This document shows, one piece after another, positions 35,601 to 46,400 of a stretch of 64,000 nucleotides of DNA. The notes under the pieces were generated by a model. That model was not told where the DNA came from, made no database searches, and saw nothing but the letters and a program-made list of their open reading frames with translations. Source of the DNA: Candidatus Eiseniibacteriota bacterium (lineage in GTDB: Bacteria > Eisenbacteria > RBG-16-71-46); the NCBI GenBank assembly GCA_963717505.1, contig OY970342.1:480001-544000 (forward strand), given 5' to 3'. Numbering within the stretch: the first letter of the stretch is position 1; each line of letters opens with the position of its first letter. Position numbers and translations under genes: made by a program.

Positions 35601-37467
35601 CATGGACGCGAACAAGGCCGTGACCGCGACCTTCATCATCAACGTCTACACGCTGACCGTGTCGACGACCGGCACGGGCTCGGTCGCCAAGAGCCTGAAT
35701 CAGGCGACGTACACCCACGGCACCAACGTGGATCTGACCGCGTCGGCGGGCGCCGGCTGGTTCTTCGTGAACTGGACCGGTAGTGCGACCGGCTCGGCGA
35801 ATCCGTTGACGGTGTTGATGGACGGCAACAAGTCCATCACCGCCCACTTCGCCGTGTCGGGCATGGTGGTCGTCAGCCAGATCTACGGCGGCGGCGGCAA
35901 TACCGGCGCGACGCTCAAGAACGACTTCATCGAGTTGTTCAATCGCAGCGACGCCCCGGTCAGCCTCGCCGGCTGGTCCGTGCAATACACCTCGGCGACC
36001 GGGACCGGAACGTGGTTGACGACCCCGCTCGCGGGTTCGATTGCAGCAGGGGGCTACTACCTGGTTCAGCAGGCTCAAGGAGCCGGCGGAACCGTGGACC
36101 TGCCCACGCCGGATGCCATCGGCACCATCGCGATGGCCCTGGGCGCTGGAAAGGTGGCCCTGGTCTCGAATACCACGGCGCTCTCGGGTTGCCCGGGCAG
36201 CGGCAGCGTCTCCGATCTGGTGGGCTACGGTTCGACGGCCAACTGCTTCGAATCCGCGCCGACCGCGACCCTCAACAACACGACCGCCGGGTTCCGCAAG
36301 GGCAACGGCTGCGTCGAAACCAACAACAACTCGGCTGACTTCCTGACGGGCGCTCCGGCGCCACGCAACAGCGCGTCGCCGATCAACACCTGCCAGTACA
36401 CGATCACGGCTTCGTCCGATCCGGTCAGCGGCGGCAACGTCGCCCTGGCCCCGAACCAGGCCTCGTATCAACTGGCGACCGTCGTCCAGGTCACCGCGGT
36501 CAAGGCCTACGGCTATCACTTCGTCGGCTGGAGCGGAGACGCGAGCGGCCTGGTCAATCCGATCCAGGTCGTGATGGATGGCGACAAGACGTTCGTGGCC
36601 CACTTCGCGCTGAACACGGTTGCCGGCGTGGTCGTCATCAGCCAGGTCTACGGCGGTGGCGGCAACACCGGAGCGCAGTACACGAACGACTACATCGAAC
36701 TGTTCAATCGCGGCAACGCCACGATCGACATCACCGGCTGGTCGCTGCAGTACGCGGCGGCGGACGGAAACACGTGGACGGGAACGACTCTGGTGGGCTC
36801 GATTCCGGCCGGGGGCTACTTCCTCGTCCGGCAGGCGGCCGGTGCGGGTGGGATCGGCGCTCCCCTGCCGACGCCCGACAACATCGGCGACATCGAGATG
36901 GGCGCCGTCGAAGGCAAGGTCGCGCTGGTCAGCAACACGACCACGCTGTCCTCGAACTGCCCGACGGGTGTGCACATCATCGATTTCGTGGGCTACGGCG
37001 CAGCGGATTGCTCCGAAGGCTCACCCGCCTCCGACATCGACAACGTCACGGCGCTGTTCCGTAACGAGGATGGATGCCGGGACAAGGACGACAACCTGAC
37101 CGACTTCTCGGTGGCGGCTCCGGCGCCGCGGAACAGCGCGACGCCGATCAACACCTGCGACGAGTGGCTCGCCGTGGACGAGGAGCCGGCCGTGGAACTC
37201 GCCCTTGGAGCGCTTTCACCGAACCCGACGCGGGGTGCGCTGCACATTCCGTTCGCACTGCCGCGAGAGTCGGAGGTCCGAATCCGGGTGCTCGACATCC
37301 AGGGCCGCATCGTGGCGTCTGTTGCCGAGGGAGTGTTCTCGGCGGGACGGCATGAGCTGACGTGGTCCGGGATCACTCGGAGCGGCCCCGCTCGCTCGGG
37401 AGTGTATTTCGTCCAGATGAACGTGGCCGGCAAGGACTTCGTGAAGAGGATTTCGGTCACGAACTAA
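32644..37467 (+). CDS. Large secreted protein: three lamin-tail domains, InlB-B-type repeats and a T9SS/FlgD-type CTD
   Basis: GGAGG RBS and signal peptide; three ISQ.YGGGGN..NDFIEL.N domains; repeats; PNP...DIQGR...SGVYF tail. Confidence 0.88.
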   Translation: MTHTRTRPKTWRHGWGVLIFLAALLAPAAAHAISSDIVISQVYGGGGNAGSVFTNDFIELHNRGTSPVNVSTWSVQYASAAGTSWLKTNLTGTDPIPAGGYLLIQMAAGTGGTTPLPTPEVIGTTNMSATAGKVALVNDQTTIGAISCPTGATIVDFVGFGTTANCFEGTGPTPAPSNTNAVLRGDAGCTETDSNSSDFAAGAPTPRNKVSAPVACFYSLTTTVVGNGSVSRSPNAADYLPGTSVDLSASADPNWHFVGWSGDASGSSSPVSVLMDMNKIVTATFEIDTYTLTYLAGAGGMISGTTTQVVGYGSDGTEVVAVANTGYHFVTWDDGVLTAARTDLGVTADLTATASFAINTYTLTYTAGANGMISGTSPQVVDHGANGSEVTAVADANYHFVSWSDGVLTATRTDENVTGDITVSATFAINTYTLTYTAGAGGSISGSAAQVVNHGADGTAVTAVADPNYHFVDWSDGNPSASRTETNVTANLSFTANFAIDTYTLTYSAGAGGTISGSAAQVVNHGANGTAVTAVADPNYHFVDWSDGGVNATRFETNVTANLSFTANFAIDTYTLSYTAGPGGTISGSAAQVVNHGANGTAVTAVADPNYHFVDWSDGGVNATRFETNVTANLSFTANFAIDTYTLSYTAGLGGTISGSAAQVVNHGANGTAVTAVADPNYHFVDWSDGGVNATRFETNVTANLSFTANFAIDTYTLSYTAGLGGTISGSAAQVVNHGANGTAVTAVADPNYHFVDWSDGGVNATRFETNVTANLSFTANFALDTYTLSYTAGTGGSITGSTLQVVNHGANGTAVTAVADANYHFVDWSDGGVNATRFETNVTTNLSFTANFTINTYKLAVIIVGSGTVTRDPVAEFYDYGTTVELAATPAAGWYLVNWTGAASGTTSPVFVFMDAIKSVTATFAINTYSLDVTVVGSGSVAKNPNFLEYSHGASVDLSATAPFGWTFSSWSGDATGSSNPVTLLMDANKAVTATFIINVYTLTVSTTGTGSVAKSLNQATYTHGTNVDLTASAGAGWFFVNWTGSATGSANPLTVLMDGNKSITAHFAVSGMVVVSQIYGGGGNTGATLKNDFIELFNRSDAPVSLAGWSVQYTSATGTGTWLTTPLAGSIAAGGYYLVQQAQGAGGTVDLPTPDAIGTIAMALGAGKVALVSNTTALSGCPGSGSVSDLVGYGSTANCFESAPTATLNNTTAGFRKGNGCVETNNNSADFLTGAPAPRNSASPINTCQYTITASSDPVSGGNVALAPNQASYQLATVVQVTAVKAYGYHFVGWSGDASGLVNPIQVVMDGDKTFVAHFALNTVAGVVVISQVYGGGGNTGAQYTNDYIELFNRGNATIDITGWSLQYAAADGNTWTGTTLVGSIPAGGYFLVRQAAGAGGIGAPLPTPDNIGDIEMGAVEGKVALVSNTTTLSSNCPTGVHIIDFVGYGAADCSEGSPASDIDNVTALFRNEDGCRDKDDNLTDFSVAAPAPRNSATPINTCDEWLAVDEEPAVELALGALSPNPTRGALHIPFALPRESEVRIRVLDIQGRIVASVAEGVFSAGRHELTWSGITRSGPARSGVYFVQMNVAGKDFVKRISVTN
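33511..35214 (+). repeat. 8 x 213-bp intragenic tandem repeat (71 aa)
   Basis: Units start at 33511, 33724, 33937 and so on; central copies are nearly identical. Confidence 0.95.
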
Positions 37468-37561
37468 CCCGCTTCGCAATCCGTATCGCTTCATCGCGGT
37501 CCCTCGGCATCCGGCCCCTAGCATCGGGCCGGGCCGGGGGACTGCGCGTTTCGGCTCGATC

Positions 37562-38827
37562 TCAGCCGAGCTTCTCGACGTGCGTCGGCGGAGTGGCCGA
37601 CGTCTCTGCGGCTTCGCGCGCCGCGATCACGCGCAGGCGATACGCGACCCAGAACGCCCCGGCGAACAGAACCAGGGCACTGAAACTGGTCGCCCACGGA
37701 GCGCCCCAGCGCTGGGCGATCGAGCCGCACAGCAGAGCGCCAAATGGGGCCGAGCCCACGAACATGACCGTGTAGAAGCTCATCACCCGGCCTCGATAGC
37801 GATCGTCGGTGGTGACCTGGAGCAGCGTGTTCGTGGTCGCGACGTAGAGGATGAGCCCGAATCCGGACAGGAACCCCCCGGCCATCGAAAGCGAAAGCGT
37901 CCGGGACCACGCCAGCGTCAACATGCCGGCTGCAGCCACCAACAGGCCAATCAGCAGGTTGCGGCGCAGATCCCAGCGGCTCAGGCGGCGAGTCATCAGC
38001 ACCGCGGCGACCAACGAGCCAACCCCGAACGCCGACACCAGGAGCCCGTAGCCGTGCGCACCCGAGCCCAGGATTTCGCGCGCATAGACCGGCAGCAGCA
38101 CCATGTACTGAAAGCCGAGACCGGACACGAATCCGAGCAGAACCAGGAGATTGCGCAGCGGTCGCAGCTCGAGGACGTAACGCAAGCCCTCGCGCAGGGT
38201 GAGCTCGGAGCCCGACCGAGCGCCCGACGGCGGTTTGGCGCCGATCCGCGCCAGGCAGTAAAGCACGACCAGATAGGAAACAGCGTTGATCCAGAAACAG
38301 GCGGCCTCACCCAGGCTCGCCACCAGGATTCCGGCGATCGCGGGGCCGACGATCCGTGCCGTGTTGAACGCCGCCGAGTTGAGCGCAATGCCGTTCGACA
38401 AGTCCTCCTTGCCCACCAGATCCACCAGGAACGACTGGCGGGCCGGCAGGTCGAAGGCGTTGAAAACGCCATAGGCGAACGCGAACACCAGGATCATCCA
38501 GGGCTGAACCACCCCGGTCGAGACCGCGGTCGCAATCGCCACCGCCTGAGCCAGGGCGGCGCTCTGAGTGAGCATGAGCATGCGGCGCTTGTCGGTGCGA
38601 TCGGCGATCACGCCGGCCCACAGGCTGAACATGAGCACCGGAACGAACTGGGTGAACGTCAGCAGGCCGAGCATGAACGCCGAAGAGGTCAGGCGATGCA
38701 TGAGCCAACCCTGGGCCACGCTCTGCATCCAGGTGCCGATCAGCGAGACCAGCTGTCCGCTCCAGTAGAGGCGGTAGTCGCGGTGGCGGAGCGCGCGAAA
38801 GCGATCGCTCAATGCGTGGGCGGACAT
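37562..38827 (-). CDS. MFS transporter
   Basis: GQLVSLIGTWMQ, G.IADR.DKR and RGRV motifs; about 12 TM helices. Confidence 0.92.
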   Translation of the reverse strand: MSAHALSDRFRALRHRDYRLYWSGQLVSLIGTWMQSVAQGWLMHRLTSSAFMLGLLTFTQFVPVLMFSLWAGVIADRTDKRRMLMLTQSAALAQAVAIATAVSTGVVQPWMILVFAFAYGVFNAFDLPARQSFLVDLVGKEDLSNGIALNSAAFNTARIVGPAIAGILVASLGEAACFWINAVSYLVVLYCLARIGAKPPSGARSGSELTLREGLRYVLELRPLRNLLVLLGFVSGLGFQYMVLLPVYAREILGSGAHGYGLLVSAFGVGSLVAAVLMTRRLSRWDLRRNLLIGLLVAAAGMLTLAWSRTLSLSMAGGFLSGFGLILYVATTNTLLQVTTDDRYRGRVMSFYTVMFVGSAPFGALLCGSIAQRWGAPWATSFSALVLFAGAFWVAYRLRVIAAREAAETSATPPTHVEKLG

Positions 38828-38872
38828 GCAGGCGCGCACGCTACAGGCGCGCGGTCGCGACGCCAAACTTCG

Positions 38873-39757
38873 TCAGGCGCTGGTTTCGTGTTTCGTGACC
38901 CACCTCGCGATGTGGCCCGTGAGCCACTCCGGCCGTGACAGGGGATGCAGGTGGCTGACCTCGGGCGCGACTTCGAACGCGGCCCCGGGAATGCATTCGC
39001 GCAGCTCGTCGGCGGCGCCACGGGCGAACACGCTCTCGCGCTCGCCCACGACGACCAGGGCCGGAGGCTCGAGGCCCCGCAGCGCCGCACGCGTGTCGTG
39101 CCGGAACACCAGCTCGAGGCACGCGCGAGCCTGGGCCCAGGTCGTCGCGCGCATGCACTCGCGAACGAACGTCAGCACGTCGTCGTCGCAGTACGGGTCG
39201 TAGACCCAGGCGTAGCGCCGAGCCAGTCGGCGAGCCACCTCCTGCGCGGCGCGGTCGGGGAGCAGCCGCTGCCCGGCCACGACCAGCGGCTGCTCGACGA
39301 ATCGCGCCCACCGGTTGCCGCGCGGATTCGTGACCCGCGCGAAGCTGCTCGACAGGACCAGGGAGCGAACCCGCCACGGGTGGGCCAGGGCCCACCGCTG
39401 CGCGAGGGCGCCGCCCATCGAGTGGCCGACGAGGTGCAGCGGCTCGGGAGCGAACGCGTCGAGGATGCGGTCGAGGTCGCGCAGCAGGGCGTCCCAGGAA
39501 GGTGGCTCGCCATGCCCGACCCGCAGGTCCATCGTCACCACCCGGAACCGGCGCGCGAGCAGCGGGGCGCACCGAATCCACGCCTCCTTGAATCCGGGCA
39601 GAGGCGGGAGGAGCACGACGCTGGGCCCACTTCCCATCTCGATCACCTCGGTCGCGCCGGGTTCGAGCCGGAAGTGCCGCGGCGCCCAGCCTTCGAGCCA
39701 GCGTGCAGGCACCTTCGTGCGCCAGGCCGGATGCAACCGACTATCGGGAGTGGCCAG
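38873..39757 (-). CDS. Alpha/beta-fold hydrolase
   Basis: GHSMGG nucleophile elbow and C-terminal His. Start is approximate. Confidence 0.85.
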   Translation of the reverse strand: MATPDSRLHPAWRTKVPARWLEGWAPRHFRLEPGATEVIEMGSGPSVVLLPPLPGFKEAWIRCAPLLARRFRVVTMDLRVGHGEPPSWDALLRDLDRILDAFAPEPLHLVGHSMGGALAQRWALAHPWRVRSLVLSSSFARVTNPRGNRWARFVEQPLVVAGQRLLPDRAAQEVARRLARRYAWVYDPYCDDDVLTFVRECMRATTWAQARACLELVFRHDTRAALRGLEPPALVVVGERESVFARGAADELRECIPGAAFEVAPEVSHLHPLSRPEWLTGHIARWVTKHETSA

Positions 39758-39787
39758 CGTGCCTCCGTGAAAGGTAGGGTAGTTCGC

Positions 39788-41743
39788 GTGAGTATAGCGT
39801 TGCCGCGGATGTCGGCGGCTGTGGCCGCCCTTCTCCTGTCGCCGGTGCTCGCGGTGGCCGGGGACTCGCGAGAAAAGGCCGAGTTCCTGTATCGATCCGC
39901 CATCGAGCGGTTCGAACGCGGCACGGTCGATGATCGTCGTGCCGCCATGGAACATCTGCGCGAGGCGGTGAGCCTCAATCCACGGGAGCCGCGCTATCTG
40001 CTCGCCCTGGGCCGCACCAACGACCGCATGGGGTACTACTCCGAGGCCCGGCGATACTACGAAGACGCACGAGAGCTCGCGCCGAACGATCCGCAGGCCC
40101 TGACCTGCATCGGGCTCAGTTGGAAGCGAGAATGGCTGCACCACTTCGAGTCGGCCGCCCTCGACAGCGCCCTGATCGCGTGCACCGAGGTCACGCGGCT
40201 CCGGCCGTACTCCAGCGACGCCTGGCTGGCGTTGGTTCCGCTGCGCAGCGAACGCGGCGACGCCCAAGGTGCATTCGAAGCGGCCGAACGTGCTGCCGCG
40301 TTGTCCCCCCGACGTCCCGGCCCGTTGCTGGCCCGCGCCTGCATGGACGTGAACATGGGAAACAACCAGCGTGCTGACACCACGTTCGCGGCAGCGCTTC
40401 CGCGCCTCGACCCGACGCTGCGCGGATTCATCGAGGATTTCTCGCCGATTGCCGACCCGGCCATTGCCGCCAACATCCGCGTGCTGCCCGACTCGCTGCA
40501 ACCCTCGGCGGTCGCGCGGTTCTGGGCCCGGCTGGATCCCGACCCGACCTCGCGCGAGAACGAAGCGCTGCTCGAGTACCGTGCCCGCGCCGTCTATGCC
40601 TGGCTGTTGTTCTCCGATCCGATCACCGGCGCACTCGATACGCGCGCACAGATCTACAAACGCTATGGTCCACCGGACGCAATGATCCACAATCCGATGG
40701 GCGAGCGTCTCGAATACACGCACAACCGCAACTATCTCGGCGCGGGAGGCATGGCCTTCAACTGGCAGACCCGTAACCAGAGCCTCGCGAGCTATTCGAT
40801 GAACGCGCTGGTGTGGCACTACCCCGAGGTCGGCATGCGCATTCTACTCAACGATCGTTCGCTGACCGGCTTCTGGGACTACCCGATCCAGCTCGATTTC
40901 GATCCGCAAACGGCGCCGCGCAAAGACATGGTCGCCCGACAGGGCGACCTGATGACCACCGGCGATGGGCGCGGCCTGTTCCACACGCTGCCGCCGCGTG
41001 AGCGGCGGCTCGACGTCCAGGGCGCGATCGCACGTTTCCAAAGCGATCGCGGCCCGCGCATGCTCGTCCAGGTCGGCGTCCCCGGTGGCCCCGCCGAACG
41101 GCTCGAGTCGAGCTGGGTCGTGCTCGACTCCACCGGAACCGAGGTCGCGCGTGGCGCGGCCGAGGTCGAGCTCTCGGCGTGCGACCCCGCCGAGACTCGA
41201 ATCGCGTCGTTTGCCACCGACGTTCCGCCCGGCGACTACCAGGTCGCGCTGTCGGTCACCGACGCCCGGGCGCGGAAGGGGCTGTACAAGTCGCGCGCCT
41301 CGCTGGCGCCGACCCCGAGCGGGCTCGCCTTGAGCGACGTGGTTCTGTCGTGCGCGGGGGTCACGACCACGCTCGAGCCGGAGAATCCGCGCATCGAGAT
41401 CGACGCGAGCGGCCGGGTGCGCGGCATCGAACCTCTGGTGGTCTACTTCGAGATCTATGGCCTGGTCCCCGAGGCGAGCGGCCAGGCGCGGTTCGAATAC
41501 GACGTGCGGGTCCGGCCACTGGTCGATCGACGGGGTTGGTGGCAGCGGGCGTTTGGCGGCTCCGTGCCCCCACCGGTGGTCCAGGTTCGCCGGGAGGAAT
41601 CGAATGTCGGCGCCCTGCGCCGGCAGTTCGTCACGGTTCCCGCGCGCGAACTGGCGCCCGGGCACTACCGGCTCGAGATCGACGTGCGCGACCAGGTGTC
41701 GGGCGCCACCGTCACCGGCACCGCCGAGTTCGTGGCCGACTGA
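39788..41743 (+). CDS. TPR plus GWxTD-like domain secreted protein
   Basis: Signal peptide; TPRs; FW...DP.P...ENE...EY..R and R..IY.RYGPPD; Ig-like tail. Confidence 0.78.
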   Translation: MSIALPRMSAAVAALLLSPVLAVAGDSREKAEFLYRSAIERFERGTVDDRRAAMEHLREAVSLNPREPRYLLALGRTNDRMGYYSEARRYYEDARELAPNDPQALTCIGLSWKREWLHHFESAALDSALIACTEVTRLRPYSSDAWLALVPLRSERGDAQGAFEAAERAAALSPRRPGPLLARACMDVNMGNNQRADTTFAAALPRLDPTLRGFIEDFSPIADPAIAANIRVLPDSLQPSAVARFWARLDPDPTSRENEALLEYRARAVYAWLLFSDPITGALDTRAQIYKRYGPPDAMIHNPMGERLEYTHNRNYLGAGGMAFNWQTRNQSLASYSMNALVWHYPEVGMRILLNDRSLTGFWDYPIQLDFDPQTAPRKDMVARQGDLMTTGDGRGLFHTLPPRERRLDVQGAIARFQSDRGPRMLVQVGVPGGPAERLESSWVVLDSTGTEVARGAAEVELSACDPAETRIASFATDVPPGDYQVALSVTDARARKGLYKSRASLAPTPSGLALSDVVLSCAGVTTTLEPENPRIEIDASGRVRGIEPLVVYFEIYGLVPEASGQARFEYDVRVRPLVDRRGWWQRAFGGSVPPPVVQVRREESNVGALRRQFVTVPARELAPGHYRLEIDVRDQVSGATVTGTAEFVAD

Positions 41744-41769
41744 AGCATGGCGCCCTGGAGTCTGGCAGC

Positions 41770-43083
41770 GTGACCGAGCGGAGTTTTCCGGACGGGTTCC
41801 TGTGGGGTGCGGCCACGTCCCACCATCAGGTGGAGGGCAACGACTTCCACAACGATTGGTGGCGATTCGAGCAATTGCCGGGCTCGATCCACCGAGGTGA
41901 CGTCAGCGGTACGGCGTGCCGGCATTGGGAGCGCTACGACCAGGACTTCTCGCTGGCCGCGGGTGACGGCCACAACGCGCACCGTTTGTCGATCGCCTGG
42001 AGCCGCATCGAGCCCGAGCGCGGCCGGATCAACGGCGCCGCCGTCTCTCACTACCATGAAGTGTTCGCCTCACTCCGGCGCCACGGACTCCTGCCGATCG
42101 TCACGCTCCATCACTTCACGAATCCGCTGTGGATCGCCGACCACGGCGGCTGGGAGTCCCGGGCGACCGTGGATGCCTTCTGCGATTTCGCCAGGTTCTG
42201 TGGCGGCGAGTTCGGCGGGGAGGTGGACTGGTGGTGCACGGTCAACGAGCCCGAGGTCTACGCGTTCCGCGCGTATTCCGAAGGGCTTTGGCCGCCGCGA
42301 AAACGGGACGACGGGGCGGCACTGGGGGTCATCGCGAACATGCTCGAGGCCCATGGCCGAGCCTACCGCATCCTCCACGACGTCGACCGGATCGACGCCG
42401 ACGGCGACGGCCGGCCGGCGATCGTCGGCTTCGCCAAGCACCTGGTTCAGCTCGAGCCGGCGTGGCCGTGGTTTCCGCCGGACGCGCTGCGAGCGCGGAT
42501 CGAAGACCAGGTCTTCAACGCCTCGGTCATGAACGCGGCGGCAACCGGCGAGATCGCGCTGGCGATCCCTGGCGTGCGCCCGGTCCGGCGCAGGGTTCCC
42601 GAACTGGCGGGGGCCATGGACTACTTTGGCCTCAACTACTACACGCGCTGGCTGGTGAAGGCCCTTGGACCCGAGCCGCACGTTGCTCGTAGCGGGGCCC
42701 CGCTCAACGATTTGGGCTGGGAGCTCTACCCCGAAGGACTGGCGCTGGCGGTTCGCCGGGCCCACGAAGCCGCCCGCCGGGTGCGCCCCGACGTACCGGT
42801 CCTGGTCACCGAGCACGGTATTGCCGACGCGGCTGACAGCTTCCGACCCCGCGAACTGGTCGCAGCACTGACCGCCCTCCAGGGAGCCATCGCGGGTGGC
42901 GCCAACGTGCGCGGGTACCTGCACTGGTCCCTGATGGACAATTTCGAGTGGGCGGATGGATTCCGAGGGCGATTCGGCCTCTATGGGGTGGACTTCAGCG
43001 ATCCCGAGCGGCCGCGCACTCGTCGCCGGAGCGCGGAGCAGTTTTCGGCCATCGCGCGGAGCAACCGACTGCCGCCTGGTTAG
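41770..43083 (+). CDS. Glycoside hydrolase family 1 (beta-glucosidase)
   Basis: FP.GFLWGAATS.HQVEG; TVNEP; VTEHG; WSLMDNFEW. Confidence 0.95.
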   Translation: MTERSFPDGFLWGAATSHHQVEGNDFHNDWWRFEQLPGSIHRGDVSGTACRHWERYDQDFSLAAGDGHNAHRLSIAWSRIEPERGRINGAAVSHYHEVFASLRRHGLLPIVTLHHFTNPLWIADHGGWESRATVDAFCDFARFCGGEFGGEVDWWCTVNEPEVYAFRAYSEGLWPPRKRDDGAALGVIANMLEAHGRAYRILHDVDRIDADGDGRPAIVGFAKHLVQLEPAWPWFPPDALRARIEDQVFNASVMNAAATGEIALAIPGVRPVRRRVPELAGAMDYFGLNYYTRWLVKALGPEPHVARSGAPLNDLGWELYPEGLALAVRRAHEAARRVRPDVPVLVTEHGIADAADSFRPRELVAALTALQGAIAGGANVRGYLHWSLMDNFEWADGFRGRFGLYGVDFSDPERPRTRRRSAEQFSAIARSNRLPPG

Positions 43084-43403
43084 GAACACGAAACCTTGTG
43101 ACGCACTCGATGCAGGAATGGCCCGCTCCGAGTCCGAGTTCGGGGCGGCTGCCCCAGGAGAGAAACTAGGACTCGCCTCGGCCCACGATCTGAGGCTAGA
43201 ATCGCCAGCGGTCCCTGGCACCGCCTTCCCGCTAGGTTGGTCCAGGGTCGAAGTCGTTAGCGCGACAATTGACTCCGGTTCTTCCTCCCCCAGGGTGTCG
43301 GCGCTGACTCGAGCAACCATTTTCCGTTTGTCGCGTGTGACGGCTGGCATGGTTTGCTCGCCACCGGTCATGCACCGCGTCACACTTTGGAGAGTGTGTC
43401 CCC

Positions 43404-46400
43404 ATGCGCCGCGAATTCGACCACGGAAGGCGATCTCTGGGCAGCATCGTGCACGCGCACCTCGCCCTTGCGATCCTGGCTGGATCGGTTCTCATCGCCC
43501 CGGAGGTGGACGCCCAGACGCCGATCGAAGCCGGGTATCGCGACTTCAATTTCGGCACGGTCGTCAACGACACTCCCACCGGCGAGAAGCCACAGAGCAA
43601 GGTATGGTGGAACGACGGCAGCTGGTGGGGGATCCTGTGGGACCCGACGTCCAGTCGCTACGAGATTCACAAGCTGAACACGTCCACGCAGGCGTGGACC
43701 AGCACCAACGTCGCCGCGGACACGCGCTCGAGCGCCAAAGGCGACGCGTTGTGGGATGGGACGCGCCTCTACCTTGCGTTCCATGTCTTCTCGAACGGCT
43801 CGCAGAACGTCAGTCCGTCTCAGGCGGCACAGCTCTACCGATACTCGTACGACGCCGGCACCGACCAGTACTCGCTGGATCTCGGCTTCCCGGTCACGAT
43901 CAACAGCTCCAACTCCGAGACCCTGGTTCTGGCCAAGGACGGCACCGGACAGTTGTGGATCACCTGGATCCAGTCCGGCGACGTCATGGTCAACCACTCG
44001 GTGGGCAACGACCTGACGTGGGGCACTCCGTACCGGCTCCCGATTCAGGGCAACGACGCGGATGGGGACGACATCTCGTCGGTCTTCTCGCTCCCGGGCA
44101 GGATCGGGATCTTCTGGACCAACCAGGAGGACGAGGCCGACTATTTCGCCGCCCACCTCGACGGAGCGGCCGACAACGTCTGGCAGCCGCGCGAGACCGC
44201 CCTCAGTGACGGTAGTCTGTCGGTGGCGGATGACCACATCAGCATGGCCTTGGACGTATCCGGCAACCTCTACGTGGCGACCAAGACCAGCCTGAACTCC
44301 ACGGGCCAGCCGCTGATCTACCTCCTGCGCCGAACGCCCTCCGCGGTCTGGACGCGCTACGTCCTGGGACTGGTCGAGAACGACCACACGCGGCCAATCG
44401 TCCAGGTCGACGAGGGTGGCACGATCTACGTGCTCATGGCGAGCCCGCTGGGCGGTCGTGAGCGCATCTACATGAAAACGTCGAGCACGAGCAACATTTC
44501 ATTCCCGGGCGGATTGGGAACGCCTTTCATCAGCAGCTTGAGCGACAACACGATCCGAAATCCTTCCGGCACGAAGCAGTTGCTGACCGCGGCCTCGGAC
44601 ATGCTGGTGATCGCCAGCGACCAGGGTACCGATCGCTACTTTCACAATCTGCTGGCGATCGGCGGCTCGGGACCGGCGATCGCGTCGTTCGTCCCGGCCA
44701 GCGGCGTTCCCGGCAACCAGGTCACGATCAGCGGTTCCGGGTTCACGGGCGCGACCAGCGTCACCTTCAATGGCGTGAACGCGCCCGGCTTCATCGTCGA
44801 CTCGGCCAATCAGATCCGGGTCAACGTCCCCGCGACGGCAACCACCGGGCCGATCCGGGTGGTCACCCCCCAAGGCACCGCGGTCAGCAGCGCGAACTTC
44901 GTGATTGAGGCGGCCCCGACCATCGCGTCGTTCACGCCCGGCAGCGGGCCGCCGGGAATCGAAGTGACGGTGACCGGCACCAGCTTCGTGGGCACCACCG
45001 ACGTGCGGTTCAACGGGCTGTCGACCAGTTTCACGGTCGATGGCGACACGCAGCTGCGCGCGAACGTGCCGGGTGGCGCGACCACCGGCTCGATCTCGAT
45101 CACCAACGGCGTCGGCACGGGAACCAGCTCCAGCAGTTTCGTCGTCACCGCGCCGCCGCCGGTGGTGACGTTCACTGCGGTCCACGACGCCCGGGTCGAG
45201 TCCGGCAATCCGACCTCGAACTACGGAACCGGAAGCGGCAATACCACCCTGCTGCGCGTGCGCGCCGGGCCCGAGATCGACTCCTACATCAAGTTCAACG
45301 TCTCCGGTCTCAGCGGGCCGGTGGTCAGTGCCAAGTTGCGCTTGTTCTGCATCGACGACAGTCCGGATGGCGGCCGGGTCTACGCGACCTCGAACAACTA
45401 CCTGGGCACCTCGACGCCATGGACCGAAACCGGAATCATCTGGAACAACGCGCCCGGAGTCGGCGGAACCATCCTCGACCACAAGAACAACGTCGCCGTC
45501 AACGCCTGGGTCGAGTTCGACGTCACCCCCGCGATCACCGGCAACGGCACATTCAGCCTGGGCCTGACCAGCGGCCTGAGCAACATCGCCGGGTACCAGT
45601 CCAAGGAGTGGGCGAACCCGCCGCAGCTCGTGGTGTCGACCGCGGCCGGCTCGCCCACGATCGCGTCGTTCACGCCCTCGAGCGGCCCGCCGGGCACCGT
45701 GGTCACGATCACCGGCGGCAACTTCGGCACGACCTCCGCCGTGGCGTTCAACGGCGTGACGGCTGCGTTCATCATCGACAACAACACAGAGTTGCGGGCG
45801 ACCGTGCCGTCGGCGGCGTCTTCGGGTCCGATCAGCATCACCAACGCGATCGGCACCACCGCGAGTGCGGCGATCTTCACGGTGACGCCGCCGACGATCA
45901 CCGGCTTCACGCCGGACAGCGGCCCGATTGGCGCCACGATCACGATCACCGGAACCCAATTCGCGACCGTGAGCGTCGTCCGGTTCGCCGGCACTGCCGC
46001 TTCGTTCGTGATCGACAGCCCGACCCAGATCCGCGCGACAGTCCCCGTGGGCGCCGCCAGTGGGCCGATCAGCGTGGTCAACCCCGCTGGTTCGGCTTCG
46101 AGCGCCACGAGCTTCACCGTGATCCTGCCGCCGACCGTCGCCTCGTTCAGCCCAGCCAGCGGGCCCCCCGGCGCTCAGGTGGCGATCACCGGGACCCAGT
46201 TCAGCATCGCGACCGCGGTGACGTTCAACGGCGCGTCGGCGTCCTTCGTGATCGACAGCCCGACCCAGTTGCGAGCAACGGTCCCCGCCGGCGCGTCCAC
46301 CGGCCTGATCGGCGTCACGAATCTCGCGGGCTCGGCGACCAGCCCGACGGCCTTCACCGTCCTGCCCTCGGGTGCTCCGACGATCGCGGACTTCGCACCG

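Noticed and set aside
33706-36975. Long antisense ORFs (also 44499-47348, 60891-63500, 614-2434, 11835-13706)
   Set aside because: Shadow frames of GC-rich genes on the opposite strand.
43345-43357. TGGCATGGTTTGC as a sigma54 promoter
   Set aside because: GG-to-GC spacing is 8 nt, not the required 10.
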